Below are positions 52,501 through 64,000 of a stretch of 64,000 nt of DNA, in pieces. A model generated the notes under the pieces. That model was not told the origin of the DNA. It did no database searches and was given only the letters and a program-made list of their open reading frames with translations. The position numbers and the translations under genes were made by a program. Each line of letters opens with the position of its first letter. Within the stretch, counting starts at the first letter, position 1. The stretch is from Camelus ferus (taxonomy: Eukaryota): positions 98,148,001 through 98,212,000 of the forward strand of contig NC_045696.1 of assembly GCF_009834535.1 (NCBI RefSeq), read 5' to 3'.

Positions 52501-55500
52501 TTACAACTCCAAAATATAGAGGCATGTACACTATTTTATACTTTTGTATGTTTCTTTTATAGTGCTATCCAACTTCTTTTTCTTTTTTTTTAAACATGCA
52601 GGCAAATTAGATAACAGGGACTCGCAACAAAGCCCGAAATAACAATGTCTGAGGAGGAGAGACATGACTTAATTTTCTCCCCTTTTCAGATTCCTGAAAA
52701 ACGGAGCATTTGGTCAGTTCCCAGACTACACACCCATTGCTGTTGAAGAGCATTACTATGTACGCATTGTTATCCAAGGACACTTTCCTGTTCGAATCTG
52801 AAATATGCTGAAAAATGTTATAGGCAGATAACAATAATCAGTCTCTTCTTAGATTAGATAGGGCACAGACAACCTTCCTGCAGTTTGTAGGAAGGAATTG
52901 TGTGAAGGCCCACCCACTGAAAGGTTCTGTCAACTTGGCTTCAGTACTGTTAAGTTGGCGATTTACATCATCCAATTTCTGGTCTTTCTGTACCGTGGGT
53001 GTGACATAAGCATTTAAAAATAGGTTTTTTTTCTTGGTGCACACATTTTAAATTTTTTCCTGTGGTAATTCAGAATCTGATTAAAACTACCAAATGATGA
53101 AAGTCTTGGTGAAGGAGGTTGGGACCACTGAAAAACCGGAAGAGCTATTTTGGTGGAACTTGTGAAGTAGATGGTTCCTGTTATATAGAAAAAGAACTTC
53201 AAATTCTTGCCGGCAGGAAGCCATCTAAATACACATTAGTTACCATGTGAGGTAATAATGGGAAGCACAGGGACTGCTTGCAGCCCTGGCAAGAATATTG
53301 CTGGTGTGCTTCTCCAGGATTTCTAGGGACTTATTATTATTTAATATTTAGAAAATCATATGCTCAAATGTGCTAAGCAAAAATTAACAAGATCTTAGCC
53401 CTCAGGGAATGTCCTATGTTCTACGTGGGACAGCATTCATACACAATTCCCCAAAAGTTTACCCACTAAAAAAAGGACATGAATTTTCCACCTGGTAAAA
53501 GGAGATTGATATGTGATTAGAAGCTGATTTACTGCTTCGTGCTGTGAGCAGAATTAGGACGTTATTCGGGTGGCTAGAGTTATCTTATGGTCGCTCATCT
53601 TCCTTTTGGTTTTCTTAAAGAATTGTAAAGAAACTTATCTTTTTGAGTATTACTGAGGGCTCCTAAAGGCTAGGATTTTAGAAGTCCTTCCTAGTGTAAT
53701 AAAAAGAGCAAAATATCACAGACATGAATCTTAATCACATGTTGAAACTTAACTGTATTATGTCTTTGTTTTAAAAAGACAGTTGATTCTTAAGGTCACA
53801 TTTTGACACTTCCCTCAGGCAGAAGCAGATAGCTAAGCTGTGTAAAGCACGATAATGGGGTTAAACAAAACAGTTTCTGTTGACCTTTAAAAAATGTATA
53901 ATCCACCTCTTTGTACAACAGTAAACCATAGCAGCACTCACAGCAATAATAAGACCAGTTACGATTTATTTACATATTGTTTTATTTCATCTTTACAATA
54001 ACCTTCTCTCAAGAGTAGCATTGTATATATCTTCACTTTATGAAGATATGGTTATAAGGATCCTTTCCCTAGAAGGATGAGGAAACCAAAGCTCGGAAAG
54101 GTTAAACAAATGATCCAAGGTCACACAGCCAGGAAGTTGCAGAGCCAGGATTTAAATCTTGTCTGATTTTTCCCAAAGCATTTGTTTGTTGCATTATGCT
54201 GCACCCCTTCTCTTGATGGAAGTGCACATTTTATAGGTCACAATTCTGACCTCTTTACTAGTATAAATACTATTCTATATTTTAAGATGTGAAAAATTAT
54301 AGAAAATTTCTGTTAAAATTATGTAGGTCACATTTTCTCAAAATATAATGGAGACTTGAGCTTGTGGTAGGGAATTGGATAAACATTTGAATTTTCAGGA
54401 CTGGAGCCTGAGACTGTCTCTTTGCTGCTTGCTTATCCACTCTAGAGGAGAACTTCTGCTTTAGACTAAAGACCTCACTTCTTCTTTCCCTCAAGTGCAG
54501 ATTGAGGGAAGTTCTAAGCCTTAGCATATAGTCTGTTCTCTGCCTAGAGCATGACTTTTCCTTGTCTCTGTCTGGCCCACTCCTTATTTTTCAGTTCTCA
54601 GCTAAAGCCTCATTTCCTAGGATGGTCCTCCACGATCCCTAGACTTGATCTATTCCCCAGTATCTCCAGCTCTTTACGTTTCTTGATATGTTATGCATAT
54701 TGCAATTCTTTGTTTAAAGTTCATTTTCCTCTGAAGGATGTGGGCTGTATCTGTTTTTTTGGTACTTTTTATATGTAGGCCCTCACTATTATTTGTTGGA
54801 TCAACAAATGGACAACTGCCTCTATTTAGGGGGACATCCTCATCTTAAAAGGCTTAGATGGACCAGTGTGGTATTTGGGGAGGAGATGTGGAATGATCAG
54901 CTTAGCCAACTCTACTCTAGGCCTTTGGGGAACCACTTTCCTTTCTTTCAGTCCTTCTCTCCCTGCCTTCTCATACCACTAGAGATAGTTGGGGGCTTTG
55001 GGAGGGAAAAGAACAGAAAGACCACTCAGTCTGACTCTAGTCTGGTCCTTAATCTAAAGGAGCATGGAGAACCCTCATGGCTCACAATAGGTCTGGTGCT
55101 CACCTGGAAAGAAGACTTGATATGATTTGGGGCTAAAACTGTGTCTAGCTGATAATAGAATATCCACTGGTTTGGCCTACAGTCTGTATGTCACTTGTAA
55201 GCCAGTATCAGTTCAGATATTTGGCTAAAGATTTGGGATATGAGAGTCAAAACTGTTCTTACTAGAGCAATAACTAAACACAAAATCTGCTAGACCTGAT
55301 GTCTTAAGATCTGGAATTCAGGGCCAACCCTGCCATGCCTTATTTATCAGGCCCTGAGGGAGCCTGGTCTTGGTCTTATTTTACCTTCCCAGGGTTTTTC
55401 AGAGACCAGGATGAGAGCATACATGGGAGAGAATTTTTATAACTATGAAACATAAACTTACTCATATTGTAGTTCATTTTGCTTCAGAAAGTCTTCCACA

Positions 55501-57772
55501 GTGAAAATATCTTCTGCTTTAACATGGAAGTCAACTGTAGTATGAGTATTGACTTGTATGACAGAATCTGGTTTCCAGAAGTCAATCTAAGTAAGGAACA
55601 AGATATATTGTATTAGACATGTATAATTCAATGGGTAAATCATCACCAGCAAGCACACTGTTGCTCTATTCCAGTGAGTTATTTTCAGACTCAAATTATC
55701 CATGAAATCTCTTAAAAATATCTCCTTTGAGTGGACAAGAGTTGGAATCAAGCAGTTAGATGTCAATAAAAGTGTTTACACATACATACATACATAGCAT
55801 TAATTGATTATCAGCAAGCATGAAGAATGTATAATTATCTCCCATAATGTTAGTTAATTGCAGTATTCTACAACTGCTCTTTTCTATTTTTTGATTTTTC
55901 TAGAGCAGTTACTTACTGTGATAGCAGTGTTTTTGGTGATGGATAAATGTGCTGAATGAATGATGATAAATTAACTGGAGCCACAATATTTAGTAGAGAG
56001 AAATTGAGCTTTCCCTTTTACTTTTTGTTAGATTTGTTTTATGAGTTTATCTTGGAGCTCAGCGCTGTACAAGTCACAGTAATGTGTGGAACCAGGAGCA
56101 TCCCTGACCTGTTGAGGATCCATCAGGGAGGAAAAATGTATCTTTCTGCAGTGGTCATCTTGGTACCGTGGTCTGAAACAAAATATTCTCGAGGATCCAA
56201 TAATGTGCTGACATTTTCATTTGTTCAAATATTCATCAGCTATTACTGAGGACCTACTATGTGCTAGGCTCTGTGCCTCAGACTAGGAGTACACTAGAGA
56301 GCAAATCAAAGATGGGGACATTTTAGAGAAAATTATGCACAAAAGTAGGATGACATATTTGATAATTCCATTGTTTTTCTTTGTGAATGTGTGGTTTCAC
56401 ATCTCCCTTTTCCTTGGGAAAGTACTAACCAAGGACATAGTGCCTTTCATAGGTGTCTTTTTTTCTGTTCTTTCTTTGAGCTGAGTAAAGGCCTAGAAGC
56501 CTGTGGTGAGCCTGACATTGGGTCTTTCTTTGCCAATGTGTCTCACCCAATACCTGTTTAGATGTTTATGAGCTAGTCTCAGGCTGAAGGTGTGACCAGT
56601 GGTGATGTTTAGGACCATTGCTTTGGAGCTTAGCAGGGAGTTTGGGCAGACTTAGTGGTTGTTAAATAGAAACTGATGATGTACAATATTAAGATGACCC
56701 AATTTTAGATAAACCTGTGGAGAATCCTGTAGCCTATATTCTGTTCTGGTAATCTTCAAACCATTGTAGATGTCTAGAATGTGCTGAATCATGAGTCAGT
56801 GTCGTAGGGAATGTCAGGGCAATAGAAAGCAGGGATATTAGAATTACACAGAAGGAATTCCAAAAGTAGTGTGTGCTGTGGGGGAAGTATATGCACATCA
56901 TGATAAGGACTGAGAAAGCAAGGGGCTGGTGAAGAATTCCAGTTAGCCAATATTGTAAAGAGAAGAGCAATGAAGACAAGCACATTATAAGAGAAAGTAT
57001 ATTTTTAAAAGTTAACTCTGAATTTGTGTTCCTAATAAATGCCTATCATTTCATGGGGGGATGGGAGAGGGAAGTGTGTTGTTATTATAGACACAGAGGT
57101 TTAGAATTGGTGAAGCACATGAAGTCCTCCAAGCATCTGTAGTCAAGTTGGCCGTGCTCCGCCCGTGCTCAATGCTGCAGCCTTTGAGCACGCTCAAGGG
57201 ACTGCCAAGATCTGCATCTCAGTGCTTGAAAGCTCCCCCAGACCTGGAAAAGGCCAGGCTAACAGCTTGCAGCAGTCAGGAAGTGCCAGAGAAATGATTC
57301 CTTCCAGAGAAGTGCTTAACCAATGACCCTAGAAAGTAGGTGTCTAAGTGCTCCAGTTCTCATATTTCTCAGGTGGAATAATTTTGAATCCTGTTATTTG
57401 CGCCCTTTCCTAGAGTTTCTTTGTAGGATTAAGCTCTAGTCAACCTCTGTGGTATCTGGCTTAATAGTGCCCACTTTGTTGGCTGCTCTCCCTTTTCTGT
57501 ATCTCTACTTATGCTTCCTGTGCTTTCTAAATGAAATCTTTCTCCTGAATATTTGTCTAAAGGTCTACTCTAGAAGAACCTATATTAAGATGCTAGCTTT
57601 CCACTTAGAGTAAAAAAAATGCCTGCACAACATCCTTGGTGATGGGTACTTGAATATATCTAGCACCGCTTCAGAACAGCCTAATTGCCTTATGGATGGT
57701 TTTATTTCTGATATTAATTGAAAGTTGCTTTCCCTAGACTCCTGACCTCTTGCCTATCTATCCTGGCTTTGC

Positions 57773-57847
<75 letters not shown>

Positions 57848-60800
57848 ATTGATTGATTGATTCTGTGTTGAAGAAATCTCATAGGCAAGTTTGACAGAAG
57901 ACTCATAGACCCTAACCTGAAGTCCCTTAAAAATTTCAGTTTGACAAGGAGAAAATTGGTCAACAAACATCCTAACATACAATGTGATGGAGTCTTGCAA
58001 AAATGATGCAGACTTGCTGACTTGGAGTTAGTCCCCAGTGCATCTTAGGAGAAATGGAGCCCCAAATCAGGAGCAGCACTATAGCCTCATAGATGTTTAC
58101 AATGCATTAAGTAGGGCTACAAATAATAAAATATTGGTACAGGGGATAAATATAAATTTCAGAAGTTGCCAACACCTTGTGAATGAGATCTATGTTTAAA
58201 ATATGGAAGTGAAATAAAATATAGGATATGAGATGTGGGGAATTGAATAATATGTTGAAGAATTATAAAGCTGAAGTTATAAAATTATAAATCTAGGAAT
58301 CTGAGTGACAAAGAACCATAAAGAGCATTTGTTGGAAGATAAAGAAGTATCTTTAAGTGATAGCACTGTGGGAATGTCAACTTAATCAGCCAGCTGGCTA
58401 ATAACTACAGAGTCTTTCCTAAAATATATTACAAAACCAGCACAAAAGCAAGATAAAGTAGTGTATTGACCTTAAATTCTTTTAGGAATAAGATGGATAT
58501 ATAAAGATGAAATACTAGTTTTGGGGATTTTGGGTTCTTCACATATTTACACAAATTTATTACTTCACACTGCATTTGACTATAAGTGGAGCACATAACA
58601 GACTCTTCATTCATCTTGATGGAATTTTCCTTTCTTGTTGGAAAGGAAAATGGCTTCTACTCGAGGCCTGCTTCCAGACAGCAGGGAAGAACTTACAAGC
58701 ATAATGGGAGTGATGGAAACACTGGAAGGCTGTAACCATGTTACTCTGGGCATAGATAAACATGCACCTGAAACTGGAGAAACAGAGTTCAGGAAAGTAC
58801 TGAGAAAAAAGAACAGGTTTTGTGATGAAGATCTCTAATAAAAGAACAAGGAGATAACATAAAATCTTTACTCTACAATTAAACATGAAAAGAGTGAGGC
58901 TGCTAGAGTCCAGTGTGGTCACAGGTCTCTCCAATACATTCAGCTTTTAAAAGGACATGTTCAAAAGCCGGAGGAAGGACACATGGCCAAGGATGAATAC
59001 AAAGACTAGATGCCCTTGTAGTGATCTTATCAGGAAGGCTACAGTCCAGAATATGCTGCACTTGCAAGACTGCTAAGGAGAGTAAAAATCCCTTTTCCAA
59101 TCATGTGGAAATGCAGTGAATGAAGAAGAAACATGCAGTCCCCCTGCTTGGAGCTAAAGCATGATGTTTACAGCTGGAAGAGAGGAAGTAGCCGTGTTTC
59201 ACTTTTGTTTGGCTTTTGTCTTTTCTTAGGAGTTATACTATCTCTTGTTTTTTCTGTTTCTGTTGAGAGGTGAAATTACCATACGTAAAGGATTTTTCTC
59301 ATGTTTTGATTTGAGCAGAAATACCTTCTTTGGAAAGAACACTGAGGCCCAGGATGGATAAGGAGAGAGGGGACTGTACCGTCCATGTAAATTGCATTCA
59401 AAATCCTGGATCTAACGATGGTAATAACAAATGCTTACATAGTTGTTACTATATAAGTTCTTTCCAAGTGCTTCACTTATAGTAATTCTTTTAAATCTCA
59501 TAACAATCCTGTAAGGTGAATGCTGTTGTTCTCCTTATTTGACAAATGAGAATGTTGAGCTCCAGAGAGGTGTCCAACATCCAGCTAATTAAGTGGTAGA
59601 GCCAGAAATTGAACCCAGGAAGTCTGAGTCCAGATTCTCTGCTCTTGACCACCAGAAAATGCTGAACTTTAGGTAACTAAAAAATACTGAGGATGTAATT
59701 GCAGGCCTTTCTCAGCAATCTTGGGGGAATCAGAGCTTGAAAGGATCACTGAGGAGTGGAAGGGGCACGTCTTGGATTTCATAAACAGGAAAACAGGTGA
59801 ATCCCAGAGCTCCTGGGGCTGGGCATGGACTCTGGCAAAGCTGCAGAGTGAACTGGAAGCAGATGGATTATGAACGCTCAGAAAAGGAAGCTGTAATCCT
59901 TAGGAGCCAGCACGGTGTAAAGCAAGCATAAGTCAGGCTCAGTTAACTTCATGTTATTGAAAGAGACCTCTAGCCTGATAGAATGCTGAATCTGGATCTT
60001 AGCAAAGTGACCAAGTCTCTGCATTTATATTCTGTACAAGCCGGAAGGTGCAGTGTTAGCTGTCGGTAACACCACAGTAACATGGGTGGTGCAGCAAACT
60101 CATCCGAGGAGAGTTGGTTAATGAATCACTTTCAGTGTTTAACACTGTGTCTAGTGTGTTGGTGACTCGTGATAGATATTAAATGAATGAACCATGGCGG
60201 GGGCCTCTAATTCTGTGCTGACCCCTGACTTAATATTTTTCCTTTATCAGTGACAAAAATTAAAGTCAAGAAAGCATGTTTATCAGACTTGCTGGTGATG
60301 CAGAGTTGGGGGAAGAATTATTTTTCTGGATGACTGTATTCATTTTTAAAACAATTTCAACGTGCTATCAAGGTAAATTTTAGCAGAGTAAATCTAAAAT
60401 CCTGCACTGAAGTTAAAAGATCAATTAGGCAAGTACAGAAGAAAGAATATCTTGCTTGAGGGTGATTCATGTGAGAAAAAAAGTAGCCTAATAGTTTTGA
60501 TTGGCAATAGGTTTACTTTAAGCTAAGAGTATTTTATAACTGTTCAAGATACTTAAAAGAATCTTCAGCCCCATTAATAAATGTCTGCTTTAAAAATGAA
60601 GGCTGGCAGTGGTCCCACAGTATGTATTAATCAGAGCATACCTGGAGGTCCACTCAATTCTGAGAGCTACACTTTAAGAAAGAAATATAGACAGAAAGAT
60701 TGAGCTATATTTAGAAGTGACGAGAATGATCAAGTGTCTGTAAACCAGTGCTAAGAGAAATGATGGAAGGCCTGGAAAAGATAAATCTTAGAAGGAAGAC

Positions 60801-62134
60801 AGTATTTGGCTCAGCTAGGTCCACTGGGTCAAAGTTAGAGAAGGTAGCTTTCAGCTTTGTGTAACAATTAGAATGATTCGTAAGGCAAATTTACTTCTCT
60901 AAAACAGCAGTATTCCTACTATCCTTTTAAGTATTCAAACAGATTTTATTAGGGCTAGAAACCAGGGATGCTGTTTCTACTGAGGAAATTCAAATTTGAG
61001 TGGAAGGCTGGAATAGATGACTTCATATTCTCTTTCAGTTGTAACCTTCTGAATCTGCTTGGTTATGACACTCTCTACCTTTATCCCCTCTGTACATTAA
61101 AAGCTAAAAAAATGACTACAGAAAGATAGATGGATAGATGGATGGATGGATGGATGGATGGATAGATACTTAGGAGCTAGTAGACTATTTGGTTTACATA
61201 TTCATGAAAAGACAGTTTGGACCAAGCTATTTGTCATTAGCAATATCTTCCTGCCACACTATGTATATAATTAAAAATGTCAGTTTTCATCCCATATGCA
61301 GTGGATTTTTTTTAAAGTAGCCTAGAGATTATGGTTTCTTGAGAGTCAAATGAAAGTATGGAAATCACTCATGCCTTTTTACCTTCCTTACTCATGTCAC
61401 GTCATTAAGAGGGCCTGAATCAAGGTCATGAAAACTCAAGCTGTTTGATTTGGAATGAAAGAAAATCAAAGAGAACAGATGATACATGGGATGTGGAAAT
61501 GAATTTCAAGTTGGATTAAAGCCCAGTTTTTCTGTAATATCCAAGTTGATCATTTTTCTCTTTTGCTTTAGAAGAGAAGTTACTGTATGTTAGATGTTCT
61601 ATGACCTTTGCAACAGTTCCAACTCATCTAGTTGTCAGGCCCTGTCAGCTCTTTAAAAAGTTACCTTGGATTTATAATACTGTGGGGCTTGTGGCAATCT
61701 AATTAAGGCAGAAAAAAAAAAGGTATTGCAGTGCTAAATGTTTTTCAAGTTCTTATTTCTTGCTACAGAAGTGCTTTAGCTAATATTTCATGTCATTCTT
61801 TCTTTGATGGAATCACAGTGCTATCTAAGATTTAAAAATAAGTGTGAAGGAAACTTAGCATAGAATTGTTATTTACCTGCCTGATGCTGGTCAACTCACG
61901 GAGTAAGTTGATGTGATTTTCATCTTCAACATTGACACGGAACACCTTATCACTGAATGGTGAGATAACAGAAGAAGAAGAGAACATTTAAAATTGTGTA
62001 GTTGTTCAAGTATTTTGGCTAGCAAGGAAGTCACTTGCTCACTTAAACGTGTTGCTTACTTACCCTTCAAAATGCTCACCAGAATGGTGAGCAGATGCTA
62101 GGGTCACGGTTACGAGAATCAGGAATGCCAGCAT
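31350..62134 (-). CDS. CPB1: Pancreatic procarboxypeptidase B, complete 11-exon gene, 417 aa
   Basis: Exons 71,76,125,100,102,102,111,91,203,85,188 nt = 1254 nt, open frame. HARE and HSYSQ zinc ligands, [19 protein letters not shown] (Asp255, basic-residue specificity) and FELRD (Glu270) all present. Confidence 0.97.
33230..33314 (-). CDS. CPB1: CPB1 exon 10
   Basis: 85 nt, [28 protein letters not shown]; donor GTGAGT. Confidence 0.95.
35490..35750 (+). mobile_element. Old L1 (L1MA-like) 3' end
   Basis: GTGACTATAGTTAACAATACTGTATTGT...ACCTTAAATTTACACAA...AAAACTGGGAAAAA. Confidence 0.7.
37475..37628. mobile_element. MIR SINE
   Basis: ATCCCCATTTTACAGATAAAAGAACTGAAACTCAGAGAGG...TTGCCCAAGG. Confidence 0.7.
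38919..39140. mobile_element. MER20-like hAT DNA transposon
   Basis: CAGGGTTTCTCAACCTTGGCAC...TTTGTTGTGGGGGCTGCCCTGCATGTTGTAGG...ACAACCAAAA...CATTGCCAGA. Confidence 0.75.
39327..39498. mobile_element. MER53-like MITE
   Basis: Terminal inverted repeats CAGGTTGCCAG ... CTGGCAATCCTG, about 170 bp. Confidence 0.7.
44808..45010 (-). CDS. CPB1: CPB1 exon 9
   Basis: 203 nt, [67 protein letters not shown]. Confidence 0.95.
45681..45771 (-). CDS. CPB1: CPB1 exon 8
   Basis: 91 nt, [30 protein letters not shown]. Confidence 0.95.
45860..45970 (-). CDS. CPB1: CPB1 exon 7
   Basis: 111 nt, [37 protein letters not shown]. Confidence 0.95.
47110..47968 (-). mobile_element. Old L1 (L1MC/MD-like) 3' region in CPB1 intron 6
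   Basis: TTTTGAAATCATTTTAGACTTATGGAAGAGTTGCAA...CCCATATACCCTTCACCCAG...GTTAACCTTGATCAC motifs; subfamily uncertain. Confidence 0.7.
48392..48493 (-). CDS. CPB1: CPB1 exon 6 (HARE zinc motif)
   Basis: 102 nt, [34 protein letters not shown]. Confidence 0.95.
49346..49447 (-). CDS. CPB1: CPB1 exon 5
   Basis: 102 nt, [34 protein letters not shown]. Confidence 0.95.
49536..49635 (-). CDS. CPB1: CPB1 exon 4 (activation site)
   Basis: 100 nt, [33 protein letters not shown]. Confidence 0.95.
50745..51238. mobile_element. MLT1 (MaLR) solo LTR
   Basis: TTACCACAAA..GTGGCTTAAAACAAC...CTTCTAGAGGCTGCCCACATTCCTTGGCTC...GGGATTGGGATGTAGACATTTTGGGGG. Confidence 0.75.
55462..55586 (-). CDS. CPB1: CPB1 exon 3
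   Basis: 125 nt, [41 protein letters not shown]. Confidence 0.95.
57110..57590. mobile_element. Possible LTR16-like ERVL LTR remnant
   Basis: AAGTGCTTAACCAATGAC...CCTAGAGTTTCT...GGATTAAGCTC motifs; degenerate. Confidence 0.4.
57777..57862. repeat. Compound microsatellite (GA)n followed by (GATT)n
   Basis: Direct reading. Confidence 0.97.
59420..59655. mobile_element. MIR SINE
   Basis: TAAATCTCATAACAATCCTGTAAGGT...AAGTGGTAGAGCCAGAAATTGAACCCAGGAAGTCTGAGTCCAGA. Confidence 0.7.
61124..61167. repeat. (GATG/GATA)n tetranucleotide repeat
   Basis: Direct reading. Confidence 0.9.
61877..61952 (-). CDS. CPB1: CPB1 exon 2
   Basis: 76 nt, [25 protein letters not shown]. Confidence 0.95.
62064..62134 (-). 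CDS. CPB1: CPB1 exon 1 coding part
   Basis: [24 protein letters not shown]; donor GTAAGT. Confidence 0.95.
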
Positions 62135-62171
62135 TGTACCTGACTAGGTCTTCTGGGTGGGTTTCTCCTGC

Positions 62172-62178
62172 TTTTATA
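62172..62178 (-). promoter_or_regulatory. CPB1: CPB1 TATA box (TATAAAA)
   Basis: Canonical TATAAAA about 38 nt upstream of the ATG. Confidence 0.75.
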
Positions 62179-62270
62179 ATACGGGTGTTGTTTATTTTCT
62201 TCTCCTGATTGAGAAGAGGCACTATCAAATCTTGATTAATGGTTTTCCTGGCATTGTTGCTTTGGTAGCT

Positions 62271-62312
62271 GTGAAAAGTCTGAGAGTATATCTCTCTCAA
62301 CACCTGTGGAAA
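62271..62312 (-). promoter_or_regulatory. Candidate PTF1-type acinar element (E-box CAGGTG plus TC-box-like TTTTCAC)
   Basis: CACCTG at 62301-62306 with TC-like sequences nearby. Acinar enzyme genes use bipartite PTF1 sites, but the spacing here is not clearly canonical. Confidence 0.35.
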
Positions 62313-62411
62313 CAGAGCAACTAATCTGAAGTTCAGCCTGTCTAATTTGGATGTCAGACCTTGAATAGTCTGGAGATAAAGGATTTTAAATAAAATCTAT
62401 TTTGTTGCCCT

Positions 62412-63300
62412 TAAAATTTTTGACTTGAGTATTACATACAACAAATTCTATAGATTTAAGTGTAAAGTTTGATGAGTTTTGACAAATGTATACACCCATA
62501 TAATAAATATCCTAATCAAGGTACAGAACATTTTCATCACCCTAAGAAGTTCCTTTGAGCATCTTTCCAGTCTCTTTCTGTACTTCCCTCAGGCAACCAC
62601 TATTCCCATTTCTAGCTTCTTGCATTAATTTTGTGTGTACTAAAACTTTATGTAAATGAGGTCATATGGTATATATTTCTTTGTGTCTGGCTTCTTTCAT
62701 TCAGTATAATGTTCCTGAGATTTATTGATAATTTTGTTTGTATTATTGTCTTGTTCCCTTTTATTAAGAAGTGATAGTTTATTGTATACCACAGTTTATT
62801 TTCTTGTTGGTAGATATTTACATTGTTTCCGGTTTTGTGTTATGAATAAAGCTGCAATAAATCTCTTATACAAGTCTTTTTTAGACATATGTTTTCATTT
62901 TGGGTGGAAACAAATTCTAAGAATGGAATTGCTAAAAATAATGCAGGTGACGGTTTCACACCATCAGAGTCTGCCAAACATTTTTCACAGTAGTTGTTAT
63001 CATTTTAAACTTCCACCAGTATCGAGTTGCTCTGCATTCTTTCCAACATTTTGGTATTATTAGTCTTTAATTTTGGTAATTCAGTGAGTGTGCTGTGGTA
63101 TCTAACTGTGGTTTTAGTATGTATCTCCCTGACTAGTGACATTGAACATCTTGTCATGTATTTTTTGGTCATTTGTAAATCCTCTTTTGTGAAGCATCTT
63201 TTGTTTTCAAAGTAATTGTTTTTTTTGCCTTTTTATTATTGTTTTCTTTTATAATTTGTATATTTTATATTTTTTTCCAAGAAATCTTTGACTATCTCAA
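62412..63300 (-). mobile_element. Old L1 (L1MB-like) 3' region upstream of CPB1
   Basis: GATGAGTTTTGACAAATGTATACACCC...CAGAACATTTTCATCACCC...TGTGTCTGGCTTCTTTCATTCAG...ATGAATAAAGCTGC. Confidence 0.75.
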
Positions 63301-63424
63301 GGCCTCAAACGTATTTGCTTATGTTTCTTTTTTTTTCCTTTGACGTTTTTAGGTGCTTTTTAATTATTTACACTCACAGAACCAAAATTCAAGATTTAAA
63401 ATATAGCCTTAGTAATATTTTGAA

Positions 63425-64000
63425 TTTTTGTTTTATTGAAGGAAATCAATTACAATGTATCAATTTCTGGTTTACAGCACAATGTCCCAGTCATGCATAT
63501 ACATACATGTATTCATTTTCATATGCTTTTTTTGCACAATGTACCAGTTATGCATATGTATATATACATATATTTGTTTTCATGTACTTTTTCATTATAG
63601 GTTATTACAAGATATTGAATATAGTTCTCTGTGCTATACAGAAGAAATTTTTTTAATCTGTTTTTATATGTAGAGCTAACATTTGCAAATCTCAGACTCC
63701 CAAATTTATCCCTTCCCACCCCCATCCCCCCAGTAACCAAAGGATTGTTTACTATATGTCTGAGAGTCTGTTTCTGTTTTGTAGAAGAGTTCATTAGTGC
63801 CCTCTGTTTTTCTTTTTTAGATTCCATCTATGAGTGATATCTTACGGTATTTTTTTCTCTTTCTGGCTTAATTCACTTAGAACGACAGTCTCTAGGTCCA
63901 TCCATGTTGCGGAAAATGGCATTATTTTATTCTTTTTTATGGTGGAGCAGTATTCCATTGTATAAATATATCACAACTTCTTTATCCAGGTATTTGTCGA
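63425..64000 (-). mobile_element. Younger L1 3' end, runs off the window
   Basis: Same 3'UTR family as 8420-8933 (TTACAATGT..CAATTTCTGG, GATATTGAATATAGTT, CCATCCATGTTGC). Confidence 0.85.

Noticed and set aside
58429..59100. Purine-rich stretch with several short ORFs as a retro-pseudogene
   Set aside because: No recognisable protein similarity, poly(A) tail or TSD. It may be an ancient LINE remnant, but this cannot be supported without a search.

Overview
Mammalian genomic DNA, AT-rich and repeat-rich. It is probably artiodactyl and possibly camelid, inferred only from the style of the L1 3' ends and the absence of recognisable ruminant, pig or primate SINEs. The window holds the tandem M14A metallocarboxypeptidase pair on the minus strand. 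CPB1 (pancreatic carboxypeptidase B) is complete: 11 exons, 62134->31350, 1254 nt CDS = 417 aa, catalytic residues intact. CPA3 (mast-cell carboxypeptidase A3) is present as exons 1-10 (24314->6345); exon 11 is not found and presumably lies left of the window. Main observations: (1) CPA3 has an in-frame TGA in its zinc-binding HARE motif (codon 178) and a separate Arg->Lys change at the catalytic Arg127 equivalent, so it looks like a recently inactivated gene with intact splice sites and promoter. (2) CPB1 has Tyr instead of Arg at P1 of the trypsin activation site (DSRVY|ATGH) and also lacks the upstream propeptide Arg. (3) There are two twin-primed (inverted) L1 insertions, one with a perfect fold-back palindrome at the inversion junction and one hosting a nested poly(A)-tailed non-L1 fragment. 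Most ORFs in the supplied track are intronic noise, L1 ORF2 remnants or exon read-throughs. Orthologue comparisons are from memory and need confirming by alignment.
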